A stretch of DNA of 53,992 nucleotides from Thermoplasmatota archaeon (GTDB taxonomy: Archaea; Thermoplasmatota; Penumbrarchaeia; Penumbrarchaeales; Penumbrarchaeaceae), in assembly GCA_029762535.1 (NCBI GenBank), contig JARVGK010000021.1:1-53992 (forward strand). The letters run 5' to 3'. The notes beneath the pieces are model-generated. The model ran no database searches. It saw only the letters and a list, made by a program, of their open reading frames with translations, and had not been told where the DNA came from. The position numbers and the translations under genes were made by a program. Shown here in pieces: positions 38,864 to 47,746 of the stretch (position 1 is its first letter; every line of letters begins with the position of its first letter).

Positions 38864-39322
38864 ATGCCCGACGAACCCGCCCCATATGATGCCTCCGACG
38901 ACCTCTCGCCTTCGGATTTCGTTGACGTGCTAGATGGTATGAGGTGGGATTGCATCAGGTGCGGCCTCTGCTGCCACGATCATTTCAGCAAAGGCTGGCT
39001 CGAACCTTTCGTCATCCCCTCTACCGGTCCCCCGATAGGAGATCACTGCCGCTTCTATTCCGAGACGGAGAGGATATGCGCCATACACGACCATCGCCCT
39101 CTCGTATGCCGTGACCACCCTTTCATCCTAACGAAGAGGGACGGCGTTCACCGGCTCCAGATACATTCGAGATGCCCCGGGATCGGATGCGGCGGCAAGA
39201 TAGATGTAAGGAATGTCGTGGGCTCCCTTCTCGACCATATCCGCGAGCTCTACGATATGGACTTCATGGTGGACTGGAGCGAGCTATCCATGGGCAGGAT
39301 GGGCATTTACAGGGTCAAATGA
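38864..39322 (+). CDS. YkgJ family Cys-cluster (CxxCxxCC) protein
   Basis: CIRCGLCC, CRFY, CAIHDHRPLVCRDHPF, CPGIG. Start trimmed to ATG 38864, with TTTATATC at 38808-38815. Confidence 0.88.
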   Translation: MPDEPAPYDASDDLSPSDFVDVLDGMRWDCIRCGLCCHDHFSKGWLEPFVIPSTGPPIGDHCRFYSETERICAIHDHRPLVCRDHPFILTKRDGVHRLQIHSRCPGIGCGGKIDVRNVVGSLLDHIRELYDMDFMVDWSELSMGRMGIYRVK

Positions 39323-40960
39323 TCAGACAAGCATCCTCTGCATGTCCTCTTCCACCGAGGAGTTCAACCCCAATCCGAACTTGTCCACGAGGACCTTCAG
39401 TATGTTCGGCGTGACGAACGCGGGCAGGGTCGGGCCTATGGTCATGTTCTTGAAACCAAGGTGCAGGAGCGCCAACAGGATCAGCTCGGCCTTCTGCTCG
39501 TACCAAGCGATGTTGAAGGCCAGAGGCAGATCGTTGACGTTCACCTTGAGATGCTCGGCTAGCTTGAGGGCGAACAGTGCCAGAGAGTATGAATCGTTGC
39601 ACTGTCCAGCATCGATCACCCTGGGAATGCCGTCGATGTCGTCCAAAACATCCTTGTTGTACCTGTACTTGGCGCATCCCGCCGTGAGGATCACCGCTTC
39701 CTTGGGAAGCGCCTTTGCGAACTCGGTATAATATTCCCTCGTCTTGTGCCTGCCGTCGCACCCAGCCATGACGATGAACTTCTTTATCTTGCCGGACCGG
39801 ACCGCATCCAGAACCGTATCCTTGAGCCCCCAGAGGGTCGCATGGTTGAAGCCGCCGACTATCTCGATGTCTTCGAGCTGCCTGGGCGGGGGGCACTTCA
39901 GCGCATGCTCGATGACGGCGGAGAAGTCCTTGGAACCCCCGTTGGTCCTGTCGGGTATGTACTTGACGCCCTCGAAACCGACGACCCCCGTCGTATATAC
40001 GCGTTCCTTGTACTTGTCAAGTGGCGGCACCAGGCAGTTCGAGGTAAGTATCACGGGACCGTTGAAAGTGTCGAAGTCGAGTATCTGCTTCCACCACGAG
40101 CTCCCGTAATTGCCGATGAAATTATCGTACTTCTTGAAGAAGGGATAGTAATTGGCCGGAAGCATCTCGCCGTGGGTGTAGACGTCCACGCCGGTCCCCT
40201 TGGTCTGTTCCAGAAGCTCGTGGAGGTCCTTGAGATCGTGGCCGGATATGAGTATGCCGGGGCGGTCCCTTACCCCTAATTTTACCTTTGTGGGGGTGGG
40301 GACACCATACGTTGTCGTGTTCGCCCGATCCAAGAGCTCCATCGTGATGACGCCGTACTCTCCCGTCCTCATGACCCATCCCAGCATGTCGTCCATGGAC
40401 GTCGAGGGATCCCATGTGGCGAGGAGCGCCCTGTTCATGAAGTCCGAAATGCTCTCATCCTTGAACCCCAGAGCGTAGGCGTGGTGCAGGTAGGCCGTTA
40501 TTCCCTTGATGCTGTAGAGGACGAGAAGGTATAGCCCCCTCCTGTCCTCGTCCTCGATCGATAGATGACCGACCTTCTCGGCCTTGTCCAATGCCTCGCG
40601 CTCTTCCTTGAAGTCCCAGAGTGCATGATCGGGCGTGTCCGATCCGAGTTCGATCCCGCTCTCGATGCAAAGCGCCTTCAGCCTGTCCCTGATGGCTATG
40701 GAACCCCGTATGAACTCGAGCATCTTCTCCTTGTCGAAGTTCGTGTTCGTGATAGTGGAGAACAGATATTCCATCAGCTTGATATCCGCATCCTCATCGG
40801 CCTTGCCGACCTCCCTCAACCTGACCTGATAGTATGAGATCCCCCTCTGCATGTGTATCAGAAGGTCCTGGAGATCGGCGACGTCGTTGGTCTTTCCGCA
40901 GACGCCCCTCTCCGTACATCCCTTGTTCCTCAACGTCTCCTGGCACTGATTGCAGAACAT
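39323..40960 (-). CDS. hcp: Hybrid cluster protein (hydroxylamine reductase)
   Basis: MFCNQCQE...CTERGVCGK, ISGHDL, YTHGEMLP, AGCDG, GQCNDS, WYEQKA. Confidence 0.97.
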   Translation of the reverse strand: MFCNQCQETLRNKGCTERGVCGKTNDVADLQDLLIHMQRGISYYQVRLREVGKADEDADIKLMEYLFSTITNTNFDKEKMLEFIRGSIAIRDRLKALCIESGIELGSDTPDHALWDFKEEREALDKAEKVGHLSIEDEDRRGLYLLVLYSIKGITAYLHHAYALGFKDESISDFMNRALLATWDPSTSMDDMLGWVMRTGEYGVITMELLDRANTTTYGVPTPTKVKLGVRDRPGILISGHDLKDLHELLEQTKGTGVDVYTHGEMLPANYYPFFKKYDNFIGNYGSSWWKQILDFDTFNGPVILTSNCLVPPLDKYKERVYTTGVVGFEGVKYIPDRTNGGSKDFSAVIEHALKCPPPRQLEDIEIVGGFNHATLWGLKDTVLDAVRSGKIKKFIVMAGCDGRHKTREYYTEFAKALPKEAVILTAGCAKYRYNKDVLDDIDGIPRVIDAGQCNDSYSLALFALKLAEHLKVNVNDLPLAFNIAWYEQKAELILLALLHLGFKNMTIGPTLPAFVTPNILKVLVDKFGLGLNSSVEEDMQRMLV

Positions 40961-41049
40961 ATTGCTCACCTTATCCTTTATCAAAGGGTCATAGTCCCTA
41001 CGCTATTTATATGGAAGAGTTTCAAAATATATACCTGCGACCGATCCTT

Positions 41050-42528
41050 CTAGAACTCCAGGTCGTCGGTTATCGACCTGTCAGAGAACATGGTGCCGGG
41101 GTTGAGAACGTCCTCAGGGTCGAATATCTCCTTGACACGTCTGAAATAGGAATATATCCTCGGCCCCCATTCCTTCTCGATGAAGGCCGCCCGGTTCCTG
41201 CCGGAACCGTGCTCCGCGGCTATGGTGCCCCCGTACCTGAAGGCCGCCTCGAAGCAGCGGTCGGCCAGGTCCTCTACTTTCTCCTTCCAGTTCTCCCTAT
41301 CGATCAACGGCCGCAGATGCAGGTTCCCCTCCCCTACATGGCCGTATATGATCAGGGGGACGCCTTCGGATCCGAAGATGGACGTTATCTCGTCTATGAA
41401 CCCGGGCAGGTTCTCCACGGGCACCCCCAGATCATCAACGAAAGAGACGTAGCGCCTGTTCGCTCCCTCGTTCTCCCTCTTCATCCGAAGAAGCATGGAC
41501 CATCGGAGCCCCCATACCTCATCCGCCTCCTCCTGCGATCTAAGGACCCTGTGAGAAAGCGTCATACTATCGAGTATTTCTAGGGCCAAAGGCATGCTCT
41601 TGTCGATAAGAGAATCGAACTCCACGAGAAGTGTGGCCCCGGCATCCTCTGGAACGGAAAAGGACGCGCGTTCCCGCACGATCCCCGTGCCGAACCCGTC
41701 CATCAGCTCCAGAAGGGATGGACATAGCCCCTTCAACGAGGGGACCGCCTCGCACGCGTGGGAAGCTGAGCGGAAGAAGGCCGCGATCATCTCCCTCTTT
41801 TCGGGGACCGGGACCAGCCTGAGGCATATCCTTGTGAAGATCCCCAGTGTTCCGATAGATCCGACCATGAGATGGGTCACTATGTCCCGGGGGCGTTCAT
41901 GCTCCAGAAATGCCATGAGATTGTATCCGGAACTGGTCTTGAGGGAGGACCTTCTGACCAATATCTCCATGGCCCCTTCGTCCTCCAAAAGGTCCTTCCT
42001 GAGGGACTCGATCGCCTTTCCCAGCTGTTCTGGAATGGAGTTGGACGTATCGACGATGCCGTATACCGGGTTGACGAACCTGATGCTCTCGAGTGATGTG
42101 TCCACGGTCCCGTACTTTATGCTTCTGAGCCCCGAGGCCTTCGTTCCAACATTGCCGCCTATGGTGCAGTATTTCGAGGATGATACGTGATACGGCAGGA
42201 AGTATCCTTCAGGGATCGAGGCGTCGTTCACCCTGTCGTAGACGATCCCCGGCTCGACGATCGCGCGATCGCGATCCAGAGATAGGATCCTTCCCATTCC
42301 CCTGAAGTCAAGTATGAGCCCGGGGCCTACGGCGCTACCCGAAAGATTGGACCCTGCCCCCCTGCAGGTGACAGGCATTCCCTCGGACCTTGCGTATTCG
42401 AGCGCTTGTAGGACATCCTCCTCGGATCCCGGAACGAAGGCGGCCCTCGGCATCATGCTGTACCTTGACATATCCTTGGCGTAGGCCTTCAGTTCGGCGG
42501 GGTCGGTGATGGTCACGATGTGCGGCAT
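41050..42528 (-). CDS. FAD-linked oxidoreductase, GlcD/D-2-hydroxyacid dehydrogenase family
   Basis: RGAGSNLSG, CTIGGNVGT, GSIGTLGIFT, GHVGEGNLH, AEHGSG, FDPEDVLNPG. Confidence 0.9.
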   Translation of the reverse strand: MPHIVTITDPAELKAYAKDMSRYSMMPRAAFVPGSEEDVLQALEYARSEGMPVTCRGAGSNLSGSAVGPGLILDFRGMGRILSLDRDRAIVEPGIVYDRVNDASIPEGYFLPYHVSSSKYCTIGGNVGTKASGLRSIKYGTVDTSLESIRFVNPVYGIVDTSNSIPEQLGKAIESLRKDLLEDEGAMEILVRRSSLKTSSGYNLMAFLEHERPRDIVTHLMVGSIGTLGIFTRICLRLVPVPEKREMIAAFFRSASHACEAVPSLKGLCPSLLELMDGFGTGIVRERASFSVPEDAGATLLVEFDSLIDKSMPLALEILDSMTLSHRVLRSQEEADEVWGLRWSMLLRMKRENEGANRRYVSFVDDLGVPVENLPGFIDEITSIFGSEGVPLIIYGHVGEGNLHLRPLIDRENWKEKVEDLADRCFEAAFRYGGTIAAEHGSGRNRAAFIEKEWGPRIYSYFRRVKEIFDPEDVLNPGTMFSDRSITDDLEF

Positions 42529-42543
42529 ATTAGGAGATCCCCA

Positions 42544-43887
42544 TCACTTATCGTAGGTCCTCGGATCGGTCCCCCTGATTATTTCGCTGACTGCGTCCTG
42601 GTTGAAACCTTTGTAGCCGAAATTTCTCTCTATGATCTCCATGTGGCCTCCCGGCGCCCCCGAGGACATGAACCTGTCGAAGGTCGGCCCGTCTATCATG
42701 CCTGAATCCGAAAGAGACCTGCATTTGATCTCGCTCAGGCCCCATCTCGCGGCTCTGGTGAAGCACTGCCTCAGATGAGGAAGGTCCGAGAAGGGGTCCA
42801 TGGAATCGATACCCTCCTTCTTCAGGTCGGCCCTCATCCTGAGAAACGACGATCTGACGGCCAAGTGATGCAGGCCCGCCTCCATGACGCTCTCCCCGTG
42901 TATCTCCACCCACAGACCGACCGTTCCAGGTCGGTCGGTCCCTTTCCCGCCTCCGGAGATCACGTCCTCGACCGATTCCTCGGGCCCCATATCCACATCG
43001 GCGAAGACCACGGAGCCGGTTATCGGATGCTCCATTACCTGGGCGCCCCATCCCGCGTCCTTGCCGGCCCTGAAGGTCTCCCTTCGGACCATCCCGATGG
43101 ATCCCAGCAGTGCGAGCAGCTTGCCGAAGCGCTCCCTGGAGCACCTGTAGGTGTGATGGTCGGCATTGGAAAGCCCCAATCCGATCCTGTCCTGCCTCGA
43201 TCTCTGGAACGCGCCGTCAGGGTTGCGGTGCAGCCAGAACTGCCTCTCGGCCCTGAAGAAGGCGTCGGCGAGCCTGGGTCCCGAGATCTCCTTGAGCAGT
43301 TCGTCGAAGGTCCCCTGCAGCTCCTTTATCCCGTCATCGGGATCCGGGTGGTCCCTGCGCCTTTTCAAAAGCCCGACGATAGCGCCCTGGTAGAGGTTCA
43401 GGTCGTCGCTCTCCCTCAACGAGAAACCGCTGTCGCCCCTTCTCTCGACGGCTTTGAGCATGAGGCCCCCTTCCTTTCGAACGTCCATGGTCCTGCATGG
43501 AGCGAGCCTCTCGCCGTCGATGGGAGCTCCCAAAGAGTTAACCCTTGCGAACTCGTCTATGTTCTCGACGGAGATCGCGAGGTCCATACCATCGGGCCCG
43601 CCTATTAGGATCGGGGGAAGGATCGAGGATGATGACCTCAGGACCGTGATGCCGTCATGGTCCTCGTGCATGTTCCAACCTGACCCTATAAGGGCCTGGA
43701 CATCCACCGTCCCCTCATCCGCTCGAATATGGTCGATCCAGTCCGCGAACCTGGTCGCTGTCGAATCCTCTATCTTGAGGGATAGGTCTCGCGCGTAGCG
43801 GTTGCCCGAGAGGAAACCCTCGACCAGGCCCTTGATGATCCCGTCGGCGTTGGGCTCTATCTTCCATTCGCTGTCCGAGCTTGTCAT
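42544..43887 (-). CDS. Conserved hypothetical protein, putative VOC/glyoxalase-fold metalloenzyme
   Basis: Long ORF with host-like codon use; His/Glu motifs WIDHI, DHHTYR, GLHHL, GHMEIIERN. Confidence 0.7.
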   Translation of the reverse strand: MTSSDSEWKIEPNADGIIKGLVEGFLSGNRYARDLSLKIEDSTATRFADWIDHIRADEGTVDVQALIGSGWNMHEDHDGITVLRSSSSILPPILIGGPDGMDLAISVENIDEFARVNSLGAPIDGERLAPCRTMDVRKEGGLMLKAVERRGDSGFSLRESDDLNLYQGAIVGLLKRRRDHPDPDDGIKELQGTFDELLKEISGPRLADAFFRAERQFWLHRNPDGAFQRSRQDRIGLGLSNADHHTYRCSRERFGKLLALLGSIGMVRRETFRAGKDAGWGAQVMEHPITGSVVFADVDMGPEESVEDVISGGGKGTDRPGTVGLWVEIHGESVMEAGLHHLAVRSSFLRMRADLKKEGIDSMDPFSDLPHLRQCFTRAARWGLSEIKCRSLSDSGMIDGPTFDRFMSSGAPGGHMEIIERNFGYKGFNQDAVSEIIRGTDPRTYDK

Positions 43888-43960
43888 CGGATGCTTCCCT
43901 ATAGGTCAAAGGTACGACAACATATCCATTTTGTCCCTTTCCGGGAGATGTCTTTGAAGC

Positions 43961-44578
43961 TCACTTAGATGCCTTTTCCGCCCTCTTACTCTTCCAAAGG
44001 GCGTAGAACGAAGTCGTGTCCCTGTCCACGTCCCCGAAGAATCCCCATAGCATCATCTCCTCCATGAAGCCGATGATGTAGAGTATGATGAGCCCCGCGA
44101 TCAATAGTGTCGTATCCATGAAGTACGTCAGGATGAAGAGGAACAGGACCAGGACCGCGCATAGCCTCAAGAGCGACGTATGCATCAGCACGGGTTGTCC
44201 AAGCTTTATCCACGAGAAGACGAAGGATATCCCAAGGAGCGAGAACATCACGTAAAGGAGATACATGTTGTTGAGAATGACCGCCGGGAACATGTAGTAG
44301 ATGAAGAAGGCCGTCGAGATGTAGAATAGAAGGTCGGCTATCGAATCCAGGGTCTTTCCTATCTCGGAGGATTGATCGAACCTTCTCGCGAACTTGCCGT
44401 CGAGATAATCCGTGGAGGCTATTATGATGTATGCCACGAACATGGTCTTTCTCATGTCCAGGAGGACAAGGAGATATAGAAGTGGCAAAAGCACGATCCT
44501 CGATACAGAAAGCGTATTGGGTATGTTTATGTACTCTCTCTTGAGATCCACGAGCCCACCCTTCATCTTCAGTGACAT
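43961..44578 (-). CDS. CDP-alcohol phosphatidyltransferase family protein
   Basis: NIPNTLSVSR and DYLDGKFARR...GKTLDSIAD signature; multiple TM segments. Confidence 0.92.
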   Translation of the reverse strand: MSLKMKGGLVDLKREYINIPNTLSVSRIVLLPLLYLLVLLDMRKTMFVAYIIIASTDYLDGKFARRFDQSSEIGKTLDSIADLLFYISTAFFIYYMFPAVILNNMYLLYVMFSLLGISFVFSWIKLGQPVLMHTSLLRLCAVLVLFLFILTYFMDTTLLIAGLIILYIIGFMEEMMLWGFFGDVDRDTTSFYALWKSKRAEKASK

Positions 44579-44620
44579 TCTGATATTTATAGAAAACCTT
44601 TTGAGGGGCCAGAGATGGGA

Positions 44621-45139
44621 TCACCAGCTGTTGAGATGGACCCTGTCCTCATCTATGCCTTTGTGAGGTTCTTTCTTCTCATCAGGATATCCCGCGATCA
44701 TGAGCGAGAAGGGGACGATGTTCTCAGGAACTTTCAAAAGACGGGAAAAACCCTCGATCCTCTCCTTCCTCGGATATATCCCGCACCATACGGACCCCAA
44801 ACCCAGCCCGGTGCATGCGAGGAGCATGTTCTGCATGGCGGCCGAGCAGTCCTGGGAATAGTAGCCAGGCTCGGTCTGAACTTTGCTGTCCGCGCATACG
44901 ACGATGGCAAGAGGCGCCCTGCTCGCCATCGCGGCATAGGGGTGGATCTTTGGTATGGCCCCGATGACATCCCTGTCCGTTATCACAACGAAATGGCACG
45001 GCCTCCTGTTCATCGCAGACGGCGCCGCCATGGCCGATTCGAGGATCCTATCGATGTTATCCTTGGGCACCCCCTCCGTCCTGTACTTCCGAATGCTCCT
45101 TCGATCAAGCAATATGTCCATGGACCTTCGCCTCATCAA
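44621..45139 (-). CDS. Nitroreductase family protein
   Basis: RRSIRKY, APSAMN, DCSAAMQNMLLA, GLGSVWCG; true start may be ATG 45121. Confidence 0.93.
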   Translation of the reverse strand: MMRRRSMDILLDRRSIRKYRTEGVPKDNIDRILESAMAAPSAMNRRPCHFVVITDRDVIGAIPKIHPYAAMASRAPLAIVVCADSKVQTEPGYYSQDCSAAMQNMLLACTGLGLGSVWCGIYPRKERIEGFSRLLKVPENIVPFSLMIAGYPDEKKEPHKGIDEDRVHLNSW

Positions 45140-45236
45140 CAGTTATGGTATACGGGATAGAAAACGGTTTCCTAAAAGTAAAAGGCCGTTCCAAGCGCTG
45201 AAAACCTATAAGACCGAAAGGGCATATTCACGCCGC

Positions 45237-45437
45237 ATGTCCTGCGAGAACAGGAGGATCGCCATCGACTGCCCCTGCACTTATCTATCATGCTCCAGGC
45301 ACGGCTGCTGCTGCGAGTGCGTGGAATACCATCGCAGGAGCGGTGAGCTGCCCGGATGCTACTTCACCAAGGAGACGGAGAGGGACTACGACCGCTCCAT
45401 AGAGCATTATCTGAGGACATCAAGGGGCATGTCCTGA
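45237..45437 (+). CDS. Small Cys-rich protein (DUF6485-like)
   Basis: CPCTY..CSRHG.CCECVEYH....LPGCYF....YDRS. Confidence 0.82.
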   Translation: MSCENRRIAIDCPCTYLSCSRHGCCCECVEYHRRSGELPGCYFTKETERDYDRSIEHYLRTSRGMS

Positions 45438-45460
45438 ACCCGGAACGATTATCGATCATT

Positions 45461-47530
45461 TCATATGCCGAACCTGACGCGGGCATCGGCCGCAGCGATG
45501 CCTGATGGGGACGCCATCAAGGGGTTGACCTCGATCTCCTCGATCCTGTCGTTCAATAGAAGTAATTCTCCGAGCCTGATGATAGCCTCAGCGATGGAAC
45601 CTTTATCGATTGGACCAGATCCGCGGAAGCCTTCCATGATCTCTCCGGCCCTGGTCTCGGAGATCATCATCAGGGCGTCCTCCATGCTCAGAGGAGCGGT
45701 CCTGAAAGAAACGTCGTCGATGACCTCGACCATCGTCCCTCCAAGCCCGAACATCACGCAGGGTCCGAACACGGGGTCCCTGACGGCCCCGATTATCAGT
45801 TCCACCCCTTTGAGCTGCTCCATCAACAGGGCGCTCTTCGATATACTCGATAGGTCCCGGTATTTCTCTAAAAGCCCGGATACGGACCCGATCCCGAGGA
45901 CCACGGCTCCGGCTTCTGTCTTGTGCACGATGTCCGCGGAGAGGGCCTTGAGGACGAACGGACCCTTTGAACCGTCCACTGCGGCCTTCAGGCCCTCCTC
46001 GTCATGAACGACCCACCTTCTGGCGGTCGGGATCCCGGCCCGTTCGATCATGTCGAGGGCCGAAGCCGCGTCCATGAAGCCAGGTTTGTTCTCCCCAAGA
46101 TGGATGGTGAGGCCTTCGGTGGGTCCGGAGGACCTGTTGGAATTGGTCGGGGTGCGTTTTTTCGACCTGGAGGATCGGATCAGGGCCGATAGCGATGACA
46201 CCGCCTCCTCCGGATAATAAAAAGCCTGGATCCCCTCAGCTCCGAGACGCTTTATCTGTTCGATCGCATCGCTGCCGCCGAACGAGCAGAGAAGGACCGG
46301 TTTCCCGGCGCCTCCGACGGTTCTGACGATGCCTTTTGTGAAATCGTCCATGTCGGCCCCCGCCGTCGGGGAGTATATCCCGATCACGGATCCGATCGAG
46401 GGCTCCTCGATGGCCTTTTTCAGGCCTTTCAGGTATGACCCATACGGGGCCTGGGCGGTTATGTCCACCGGGTTGTTCATCGTCGCATAGGCGGGGAAAA
46501 TGCTTCCCATCTCCCTTTCTATCCATTCGACGTCATCGTAGAGGGGGATCCCGTTCTCCATGAGCCCGTCAACAGTGATCGCGCCGAGGCCTCCTCCGTT
46601 GGTGATTAATAGGACCTCCTCCCTCTCCGGGACGGGAAGGTTGATCAAGGCCCTCGTCCAGTCGAGGGCCTCCCTGATAGATCCCGCCCTCAGGACCCCT
46701 GATTGGCGAAAGGCTCCATCGAATATCCTATCCCTCCCCGCAAGGGATGCCGTGTGCGATCTGACAACGCGCGCGCCCTCCTCGGTCCTGCCCGACTTGA
46801 GGACTATGATGGGTTTTGACCTCGAGAGATCATCGATGACGGACTGGAACCTCCGTCCGTCTTTGAGGCCTTCTATGTACATGAGAATGGCGTCAGTGTT
46901 GGGATCGCTGCAGAAGAAAGAGAGGAGATCGACGTCGTCGATGTCCGCCTTGTTGCCCGTGGAGACCACGCCCGAGACGCCTATGCCCTCGTCGAACACC
47001 TTGCCCATGAGGGAGGCCCCTAAAGCTCCCGACTGGGTTATGATGGCGACCCTGCCAGGCAGGACGCGGGAGGGTCCGAACTGGGCGTTGAGGCTCGAGG
47101 GTGTGTATATGAAACCGAACACGTTCGGACCGAGGATCCTCATGCCATGCCTCCTCGCGGTGTTCACCAGCTCCTCCTCCCCTTCGGCGTTACCTGCCTC
47201 GCCGAACCCGGCGGAGACCACGATGCCGAAGGGGATCCCGGCCCTGCCGCAGCGGTCGATGGCCTCATTGGCCATCGCCGCGGGCAGGGCGATGATGGCA
47301 AGGTCCGGCACATCGGGGAGGTCGAGGACGTCCGCGTATGCGGTCCTTCCCAGGATCTCCCCGCCACGGGGGTTGACGGGGAATACCGATCCGGAAAAAC
47401 CTCCTTCAATTATATTCCTCATCAGCTTGTGGCCCAATTTGGAGGGTTCGGAGGAGGCGCCGATGACCGCGATGGAGCGGGGCGAGAAGAACCTGTCCAT
47501 ATCGATGGAGGGGCATGTGCTATCGGACAT
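45461..47530 (-). CDS. acd: Acetate/acyl-CoA ligase (ADP-forming), fused alpha-beta
   Basis: IAVIGAS, ILGPN, ITQSGA, SHTASLAG (phospho-His), TNGGG, HKTEAGAV, IEVNPL. Confidence 0.92.
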   Translation of the reverse strand: MSDSTCPSIDMDRFFSPRSIAVIGASSEPSKLGHKLMRNIIEGGFSGSVFPVNPRGGEILGRTAYADVLDLPDVPDLAIIALPAAMANEAIDRCGRAGIPFGIVVSAGFGEAGNAEGEEELVNTARRHGMRILGPNVFGFIYTPSSLNAQFGPSRVLPGRVAIITQSGALGASLMGKVFDEGIGVSGVVSTGNKADIDDVDLLSFFCSDPNTDAILMYIEGLKDGRRFQSVIDDLSRSKPIIVLKSGRTEEGARVVRSHTASLAGRDRIFDGAFRQSGVLRAGSIREALDWTRALINLPVPEREEVLLITNGGGLGAITVDGLMENGIPLYDDVEWIEREMGSIFPAYATMNNPVDITAQAPYGSYLKGLKKAIEEPSIGSVIGIYSPTAGADMDDFTKGIVRTVGGAGKPVLLCSFGGSDAIEQIKRLGAEGIQAFYYPEEAVSSLSALIRSSRSKKRTPTNSNRSSGPTEGLTIHLGENKPGFMDAASALDMIERAGIPTARRWVVHDEEGLKAAVDGSKGPFVLKALSADIVHKTEAGAVVLGIGSVSGLLEKYRDLSSISKSALLMEQLKGVELIIGAVRDPVFGPCVMFGLGGTMVEVIDDVSFRTAPLSMEDALMMISETRAGEIMEGFRGSGPIDKGSIAEAIIRLGELLLLNDRIEEIEVNPLMASPSGIAAADARVRFGI

Positions 47531-47656
47531 GGGACAGGCTATCGTATGGTGAGATAAAATAGCTCCCCCTTATCCCGATGTGGGATCCTCACTTATTGTG
47601 ATTCCTTATAGACCAATCACCCCTATAGCATAATAAATATATGGACTATGTATTTG

Positions 47657-47696
47657 ATATAATATAATATAATATAATATAATATAATATAATATA
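47657..47696. repeat. Perfect (ATATA)8 tandem repeat
   Basis: Directly visible; 40 bp; ends about 20 bp upstream of TTATATATT (47717-47725). Confidence 0.95.
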
Positions 47697-47746
47697 TTGC
47701 CTATATATCAGTAGTATTATATATTTTGAGGATACTCCTACCATAG

